From: Euglena gracilis
Lineage: Eukaryota
DNA length: 20,000 bases
Assembly: GCA_039621445.1 (NCBI GenBank)
Contig: CP154954.1
Coordinates: 38,661,301-38,681,300, forward strand
Reading direction: 5' to 3'
Made by a program: the position numbers and the translations under genes. Positions 1 to 8,339 of the stretch are shown one piece after another; the stretch's first letter is position 1; every line of letters begins with the position of its first letter. The notes under the pieces were generated by a model. It made no database searches. It saw only the letters and a list, made by a program, of their open reading frames with translations, and was not told where the DNA came from.

Positions 1-420
1 CTTTAGCCTTAAATCCTGGTACAATTGCAAAAAAAAAGCCAACTGATTTTTGTCAAAAACACGGGGGGAATCTGGCTTTTTTTTGAAATTATTTATTTCA
101 TTTATGTTATGCATTTATTTATAATGCAGAATTATGCGGTAATGTGGAATCATACAGAATTATGTGAACAAACCAGTGTAAAAGTGAACAAAGCGGTCAT
201 TTTTTTTCGCCCAACGCTGGCAAAGCAAACCAAATTCAGGTGTATCAGGTGATTGGCCACAACCCGCACCTCTCACACTGATCCGGGCCAGGTGGGGGAT
301 CGTCAAGATGTCATTTGCGGGAGGGGATTTGACAACAAATCCATTCCAAGCCACAATACCACAAATATTGCAAAAGGTCCGATCTTGGCCAGTCTCCCCT
401 TCAATCCTTTGATCCTGCAG

Positions 421-2233
421 GCGTACGGATCTGATGCAGGGGAGAGCGACGATGGGAAGAAAGGGTTGAAGAAACGGCGGCCTTCGCGCCCACGAGGTCC
501 TGGCTGTGTTTGGTTTGTGTTTTGTGTTTTGCGTGATCACGGATTGGAAGCTTTTATTTTTCGGCCGGTGCTGATCCAAATATATTGGCTGCTTTGGTAG
601 TGAAACCCGGGACACTGTCCACATCTTGGAAAAGTTGCCTTCGAGCTTTGAATGGCCATTTTAAAATGCTGCCCTCCCCCCCCCCCCCTTCCAGAGGCCC
701 AGTGGTGAACCGTGGGGTTGTCGCCAGGCATTTGCTTAAGGGATTGCAGTACCCCCCCCCCCCGGGGGGGGGCTGGACTGCAGCTAGTCCAAATTTGGCT
801 AGTGGGTTTTCTAGCAGACCCCCCGGGAGGGGGGGGTCTGCTAGCAGGGCTAGCTAGTGGAAAAAAATTTTCCAGTGACCGGCGCGAAGCGCCGAAAATT
901 TTTTTGGGGACCCCCAAAAATGGCCAAAAATGCCCGTTTTTGCACATTTTTGGGAATTTTTGGAACAAAATCAGCCAAAAACCTGTTAAAAACCTCATTT
1001 TTCCTCTGGCGCACAGCGCCGGAGGAAAAAATTTTTTCTAGTCCGGGGGACCCACGGACCCCCCCCCCCCCCGGGGGGGAGGGGGGGTCTAGCTAGTCCA
1101 CTTTTTCCAGTGTCTAGCCGATTGGCTAGCCAGTACCCCCCCCCTGGGGGTCCTTAAGCAAATGCCTGGTTGTCGCTGAAGCCAGAGGACACCCCATCCC
1201 AGGGGCTCCCCCATCGATGTGCTTTAAGTTTGTCCCAGCTGCCCAAAGGGCGGTTAGACGCAGCAGATGTCCTGCAGGTCTCTGGGTCATGCATTTATTG
1301 AGAACCCCCCCCCCCCGGTGGGGTAGTAGTTGACTCGTTGCTTGTCTGCAGATTCTACACCCACTGGTCGGCAACAGTCACCACAAGCCACTGCAGAATG
1401 TGCTTTTTTTGCGATGCCAGGCACCAGATTCCTGCTGGCACACATGAAAGGTGAGCAGGGGTTTTCTTAGACCCCCCCCCCGGGGTGGGGGGGTCCCACA
1501 GGCCGGCCGGAAAATCGTGCAAAAAAATGGTGCAGGTGGGGGGAGAGGGTCCGGCCGGCTGGGAGCTGGACTCGGCGTGTGCCCAGAAAAAAACCCCCCA
1601 AAAAGCCCAAATCTGCTCAGGGCCTCAGCGTCGCTTTGCTTTGGGTTGGCCTCAGGGTTCACATTTGTATATGAACCCCCCTGGGGAGCAGGGCTCCACT
1701 TAAAGAGCCAGAGCGGACCTGGGGGAGAGTTCCAGCCAGCCATGAGATTTCTTCTGGCCAGCATTTTTTTTCAGCCCAGGATCCCCCTCCCCTGGCGACG
1801 GATTTTATTTTTTTGTTGTTTTTTTGTCTGGCCGCCCAAAGGAGTAATGGATTTTGGAAGGTATTTTGGTGGGCCAAGGGTTGGTTAGCAAGGAGTTGCT
1901 CCGCTCAAAGTTTAAGTCGTCTCACGCTGGGTTGCTTTTCAGGCCGTTTTGATGGAATTGGTGTGTCGGGTCCCAGTTCGACCCCGGCCAGGCCAGTTCC
2001 AGCCTGAGGACCCCGGGGAGGGGCCAGCCAGCAGCTTTCTTCCGGTCGGCTCACATTTTCCCGCCCTGAGCTGGCCGGCCGCCAAGCGGGGGGGCCGGCC
2101 TGGGGCCGAACCAGCGAGGCATTCTGCGGTGCCCGGTACCCCCCAGCCCGCTGCCCCCGGCGCTGCCCCGGTGGAGAGCCGGCTGATGAAACCCACCGCC
2201 AGTTTCTTGCGAAAGACTACCACTCGCGTCTGA
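421..2233 (+). CDS. 3' part of an upstream unidentified gene: exons ~421-496 and ~1992-2233 (stop TGA), low-complexity C-terminus
   Basis: Acceptor CCTGCAG ends at 420, then AYGSDAGESDDGKKGLKKRRPSRPR. GT at 497 and AG at 1990-1991 join in frame to GQFQPEDPGEG...SRLMKPTASFLRKTTTRV*. Both exons are GC-rich. The exact junction is uncertain. Confidence 0.55.
725..1168. mobile_element. hAT-type MITE, family A copy 1 (444 bp)
   Basis: 17-bp TIR CAGGCATTTGCTTAAGG / CCTTAAGCAAATGCCTG; perfect 8-bp TSD GTTGTCGC (717-724, 1169-1176); subterminal CTAG repeats; a second copy at 7420. Confidence 0.93.
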
Positions 2234-2412
2234 CCCCCCTGTCCCCTGGCCGCAATCGGACGATGGCACTGGTGAGAGGAAGAAGTAGCACGCATCTTTT
2301 TATTTGAAAAGAAATTGACAAGTGTCAGATGAAAGGACAGTTGCCCCCGTTTTCTGCATTTGGTCTTGAGGGCATCGGAAAGGCCCATTCCCATCCTAAA
2401 CAGCAATTTCTC

Positions 2413-2584
2413 CCCAACGCACACAACACAACACAAATACACTCACCCACCCACACCCACCCACCAGACAACAAATCATGTGCACAAGAGTGTGAGGTGT
2501 GTGTCTGTATGCATGTGTGTTTTTTTGTGCCCTGTGTGTTGTGGTGTGTGTGTGCGCGCGCGTGTGTGTTTGTTGGGTGTTGGG
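2413..2584. repeat. CA-rich arm followed by a TG-rich arm
   Basis: Low-complexity AC repeats at 2413-2470 and TG/CG repeats at 2490-2584; the outer ends CCCAAC / GTTGGG are complementary. Confidence 0.7.
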
Positions 2585-4743
2585 TGGAAACATTTTTTGG
2601 TGTTGACACCCCAGGGCCAGTGCTCCCATTTTACGGTGCTTTAACCTCGCCAAGTTGGCATGCTGCCTTTCATTTCGCTGTCATGCATCGAGGCAGGGTG
2701 ACTGAGGTGGGTCGTTGGTGCCGGGTAGCACTCTGGGCAGGACCGCAGGACTTTTTTTTGAAGTTTGTTTTTGTTTGGGAGTCCAATGGGTTCAAACCTT
2801 TCCCCAATCACCCTTTCCCCGGTCCCCTTGTTGTGGGACCTGTGCCGCCAGTTTCGCATGTGTGTCGCCTTCAGATCCCCCACCCCGACGGCCCCCCCAC
2901 GCAGGAGGCATCCGTGTGGTGTTTTTTCCCCTCCCGGCTCTTCCTGTTGGTGTCCAAAAGTCCGGACTCACAAAAAGACGAAAGTTTGCGGCGCAGATCC
3001 ATGCCACCCCTTCCGTGTCCTCCAAGCAACTCCAAGTTTGCAGTTCCGCAGTTGCACGCGGTGCGACACCAACGGTTTGTGCCCGAATTCCGGCGTGGAG
3101 CGGCAATGAGGTTCCTGGCCACGGCCGGGACACCGGCTGCCCCCTGGCCCCCTCCCGTCACGACGCATGTCTGTGCATGGCCGCTGCCTCCGTAGCACTG
3201 GGCTGCCCCACTACTGCTCGCGCAGCTTGGCTCTGCTACGCCCCTCATTCCGCCCACCCCGTTCCTGCCCTCCCACCCGAACCTTAGAGTGACCTGGTCC
3301 TTCCCTTATTTGTATTGCGGTTTGCCTTGCAGAGGGTTGAAGAGGTGATTGCTCTGCGGACAAAAATTCCGGGAGGCAAAAACAAATGAATTTTTTTCCC
3401 GGTAGTTTTTGTCCAATGCACCTTTCCCACTCTTTGCTCTTGGCTCTTTGCGAGAGCCACTCTCAGAGGTAGTCAGATTCCATACACAATGAGATGGGGT
3501 TCTGCAATGTTGTCAATTCTTGGGGTTCATTTTGAAATGAAAAAATTCAAAATACAACACCATATTTATATTTTTTTCGGAGTTTTGAGTTGATTTTTGC
3601 TTATAAATCTTCATAGCAACTTGAGATAACAATCACCATTCTCCCTAAAATTTTGAGGTTTCCCATACATTTTTTTTTCCAACCTGATACTTTTCTCATA
3701 TTTTTGCACCTTCATATTTTCCTGTAATTTTTGTCTGCACTGTATTTAGTTTTTCGCTTAATAACATTTCTTTTGGCGGTGGGGGGTCCCATTTTCTCAG
3801 GGGTGTTCTCTGCAAACTTTCGGGTTGGCCTCGTCAGGTCCATCTCACCTCCTCCCCGAAGGATGCCTCAAATGGCGAGCACTCATGCTTTTCATGCTGG
3901 AACACATTTGTGCAGTCAATTTCTTGAAGTGTGAGCCACAGCCATTGGTTGGTGCTTTAATTTCAAGGTGTATCCACAAGGGGACAGCCTGGAAAACACA
4001 GAGATGTTATGGCCATGTATGGATGACACCAGAGCGGGGGGGGGGGAAATGGGTCTTTTTTATGTTTCTTTTTTTTTATTTGGCGAAATTTGTGTTTTTT
4101 GTGGTTTTTTTAAACTTTTTTGTGTTTTTTCCCCAGTGATTTTTGTATTTTTTGTTGCCTATTTTTTGCTCTGAAAAAATCCTCATTTTGGCCTCGATTT
4201 CCCTCGAGACCTAAAATTTTGTCAATTTTTTCCAGCATTTTTGCACTTTTTGGACAACAAAATGTTTTTCTAAGTCCTCTTTTTTTCAGCGCCAAAGGCG
4301 CCAATTTTTTTTCTTTCAAAAAGGTGCTATTTTTGGTATTTTCTTGCATTTTTTTTGGCCATTTTTCAGGGAAAAGTGAGTGACGGGTCCCCCGGCCTCC
4401 CTCCCCAGGGGGTGGGTGGGTGGGGTCTAAACCCCCGTTTTTCCCCCCCCCCCCCCCGCATCAGAGCCTGTATTCAGGCATTAATTTCAGCCAAAAATTC
4501 TCAGATAAATTTATTTTTTTAGTTGAGTTAAAAAGAATTTTAATTTAAGTTTTTTTTAAAAATGTTTTAAGGTATTTTAAGTTTTTTGAGCTTTCAATTT
4601 TCCAAAGGCCGGGCCGCCTTTCTGGGCCACCTGGTTATCGAATGGGGTCCAACATAAAAAAGGTCAAAGAACTCATTTCTTGAGTTTGGGTGGATAGGCA
4701 ATGTTCCAGCGATGTCAGAAAGGCATTTTGGCCAAAAATTTTC

Positions 4744-4915
4744 AGGTACAGGTATAAGGTATATACACACACACATACATATATAGGTGTGTATACACAC
4801 ATATATAGGTATATATATACAGGTACAAGGTATAGGATTTTTAAGGTATAAGGTAGAGGTATAGGTTTTTTAAGGTATAAGGTGTAGGTATAGGTTTTAG
4901 GTATTTTTAAGGTAA
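4744..4915. repeat. Degenerate AGGTAT(A) repeats with TA/CA dinucleotide runs
   Basis: Many copies of AGGTAT/AGGTAC. Confidence 0.8.
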
Positions 4916-5518
4916 TTAAAGATTTTTTCAAGGCGCCTTGACAAAATAATGCAGGCTGCATTTGACTGCAACATTTCATCAATGAGGTTGCATCCCAGTG
5001 AAGAAGGCAGACAAGTGCGATGTCAGGTGCGAGCTCATCAAAGTCATTCCATTTCCTCCACCAGGGGGGCCGACCACCAGAGGACCCATCCTTGCATTAA
5101 CCCCCCTGCAACGATCTTTGCCCCCTGCAACGTTATTTGGGCAGTACCCAAAACCATCAATGGACCGATTGCAAACGTTTCCAAAAGAAATTTGTTGACA
5201 TAAGCTGTTCACAAACATTTATTGCATAATTTTAATGCACCATTTCATCAAATACCAGGGCATTGTGGCAGTTCGGATGATTCCTTGCGCCACCACCGCC
5301 TGATTTCCCAAACAGATGCATGATTTCTCACCGGTTTTCCTTGCGAAGGGGGCAAAGGTATTTGGCCCGACCATTCTCGGCCTTCCCCCTGCCAAGTTGT
5401 TCGGGCACACAATGCTTTAGGGCAGTGCAAAGTTGTTTTGGAGAGGTTTAGGGGGAGGGGGCACGGACCCGCCCAGTGGCCTGGCCGTTTCCGCCTCCCG
5501 CGCCGTGTGTTGCCGCGG

Positions 5519-5535
5519 CCCCCTGTTTGCCGCAG
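5519..5535 (+). promoter_or_regulatory. Putative splice acceptor (spliced-leader trans-splicing or 5' UTR intron) upstream of the ATG
   Basis: Pyrimidine-rich CCCCCTGTTTGCCGCAG ending 35 nt before ATG 5571. Euglenozoan mRNAs are commonly SL trans-spliced. Confidence 0.4.
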
Positions 5536-5570
5536 GGCTCAACCTCGAGGGAGCCCTCCGTTCCCCCGCC

Positions 5571-5713
5571 ATGCCCGGCCGCCTGCTGCCAGCCATCACA
5601 CAGCCCGAGGGCACCGCGGCCCCGGGTCGCTGGGCGCTGCTGGGGCCCCTGGGCCTTTGCCTGGTGGCCGGGCTGGTCGGCTCCGCCCTCCTGACCGGAC
5701 AGCGCATGCCTCC
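5571..5713 (+). CDS. Exon 1: signal-peptide-like N-terminus (MPGRLLPAITQPEGTAAPGRWALLGPLGLCLVAGLVGSALLTGQRMP)
   Basis: ATG in a GCCATG context, followed by a hydrophobic stretch. The exon ends at a nonconventional junction, with a possible 1-nt ambiguity. Confidence 0.75.
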
Positions 5714-8205
5714 CATCAGTGCTTTTCCAAAGAAAAAAGCCTCAAAAAACCTGTCCCCCACCCATGGAAAGCGCCACCTCCCTCTTTTTGTTGTACCTCC
5801 CCCCCCCCATGCCCAATGAACACCCTTGCCCAATGAACAGGGGGTGTTCGGACCGTCTAGATTGTCACCATATACCCTATCTACACAGAAACCGTACCCA
5901 AAGCCCAATGAACACCCCCCGTTCGGACCGTCTGGATTGTCACCTTAGTGTTCATTGGGCTTGGGGGGGGAGGTACCTCCCTCGCGTGTCAACATTTCAG
6001 CACAATTCCTGGCATATTTGCATTTTTTTGTTTTTTGATCTGGCCTCATCACACCGAATGCTTTTCTCCTCCGTCTTGATGATTTGGCGGAAAAGTCAAT
6101 TGGCACCAAGAGTCAATTGGCACCAATTGCAATGCTGCGCTTGTTGCACAATTTCATCCTGGAAAACAAAACAGACGAACAAGGCTGGTGGCCACTCCGG
6201 GGGCCGAACTCACACGTTCAACACCGCAGCGACACACTGATGCCGCCGACCGAGCACTTTGTTCGCGTGGCCCCTGTCACCCAACCCACGGCCGTGGTCG
6301 CCGCCGTCCCCCCTCGGCTGCGAGATGCGGTGGCCCAGGGACCAACAGCACTGGCGGGGTTTCTGAAGGACGCTGACGTGCCCACCGTCCAGTCTCAGGT
6401 TTTTTTGTCTGTGTTGGATGCGGTACATGTGCATTCATTAAACCTCTGCTGCCTGGCCCCCAGATTCTGGAGTAGGTGGGTTTGGGCATTCTGGGTTCTG
6501 GTGGGGGGGGATGTCTCTGCCCGTGGTCCAGATGCCCAAGCAGCCATTTACGTGTACCATTTATCATACCATTTGTTTGCCATTTATTTGTGCCATTTAT
6601 CCGTGACTCACGGTTATTGGCCACAGACCCTCCTGGCCAACCCCTAGGGGAGTGAGACAGGAATTTTTCTTGGAGATACAGCCGAAATCTATGGTATGCG
6701 ATTTTTGGATAAGTTTGTGTTGTGTAGTTTTTGTTGACCCCCCCTCCACAAAGGGTTGGAGTGATGGACTGGATCTCAGAGAAGACTGGTCTTTGAAAGT
6801 GAAGAATGACCCTGTCCCCATTGATATGCCCCCCCCCCCAGACAAGAAGGGGGGCACAAACCACACCGCCAGTTTTTGTACCAAACCTTTTGGCACAGCC
6901 GTATATGAACTGGGTGAGGATTGGTAATTTTCCATGGGCCAAAATCTACCTGCCAAAAAGTGCCACCAACCCCCGGGACCAGGTCACCTGGGTTCCCCAC
7001 CCCCCAAAACCCCATTATCACTGGAACCACTGCTGGTTAACAACCCCGAATAGTGAAATTTTGGCAATTTTTCGGCATAAATCGGGGCGGGGGGGGGGGC
7101 GTGATTTTCAGGGCCAGGTTGCCTCAATGCCAGGAAACGGGGGGACCCCCCTAAGGTATCAAAAGCGCACGAAACCTTCTTCGGACCTGGACTGCCATTG
7201 CTTTGCCCTTGACTCAGCTGACCGCTGTCCCTTCTGTTCTTTTTTTTGCAGCACAGCGACTCGCCCCACGCGTTGGGCTCCTTTGCGATGGTGGCCCTCG
7301 GCAGTGCAGTGGCTTTCGTGTGGGGACAATGCCATCCGGAATGATGTCCCCGATTGTTGTCTTTCCCGCCGCCTCCCAAGGTTGGAAAGTGGTCATGCCA
7401 GCACTTGCCATCATGCAATCAGGCTTTTGCTTAAGGGATTGCAGTACCCCCCCCCCCCGGGGGGGGGCTGGACTGCAGCTAGTCCAAATTTGGCCAGTGG
7501 GATTTCTAGCAGACCCCCCCCGGGGGGGGTCTGCTAGCAGGGCTAGCTAGTGGAAATTTTTTTCCCAGTGACCGGCGCGAAGCGCCGAAATTTTTTTTTG
7601 GGACCCCCAAAATGGCCAAAAATGCCCGTTTTTGGCCATTTTTGTGAATTTTTGGAACAAAATCAGCCAAAAACCTGTTAAAAACCTCATTTTTCCTCCG
7701 GCGCTGCGCGCCGGAGGAAAATTTTTTTTCCAGTCCGGGGGACCCCCGGACCCCCCCGGGGGGAGGGGGGTCTAGCTAGTCCACCTTTTCCAGTGTCTAG
7801 CCGATTGGCTAGCCAGTACCCCCCCCCGGGGTCCTTAAGCAAAAGCCTGCATGCAATGCAGGGCGTCCCCCCCCCCTGTGCGCCACAGGGCCGTTTGACA
7901 CAGCTGGAGTTTTAATCTGCATGCTTGAATCACAGTGCTTCAAAATGAAACACAAAAGGTGTTCTGAAGTGCAAACAACACAAAAATTTTTGTGGTATGT
8001 TTACTGACTGAAAGTCTAGTTTGGATGCGTGGCTGCCTTTCCAACATTTCCCGGTGGCATGGCGGTGATATCTCTTGGGACGCAAGCGACCTCAACCACT
8101 ACCCATGGCGATGGCCTCCGTCGGCGATGAAGGTGTGTGGTTTGACTTTCCATTTATTATTGTTTATTATTTCTATTTATTATTTATTATTTATTACTTG
8201 TTATT

Positions 8206-8272
<67 letters not shown>

Positions 8273-8299
8273 TTTTATTATTTTTTTATGTATTTATTT

Positions 8300-8339
<40 letters not shown>

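Noticed and set aside
240-291. Possible small exon ending CAG|GT at 291, with a hairpin ATCAGGTGA/TCACACTGAT resembling a mini nonconventional intron
   Set aside because: It would require micro-exons, and there is no protein-level evidence to fix the boundaries.
2329-3287. Long ORFs (288 aa, 190 aa) in a GC-rich region
   Set aside because: They run through microsatellites, show no recognisable domain and have no convincing exon chain. More likely UTR or intergenic DNA, though a hidden exon cannot be excluded.
4030-4463. Further MITE-like relics (also near 1456-1683, 8613-8862, 13580-13850, 16036-16251 and 18575-18630)
   Set aside because: The ends are degenerate and no TSD could be confirmed, so they are not called individually.
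5811-5945. Direct repeats with spacers, superficially CRISPR-like
   Set aside because: Only 2-3 irregular copies inside an inverted-repeat element in a eukaryotic intron; no cas genes.
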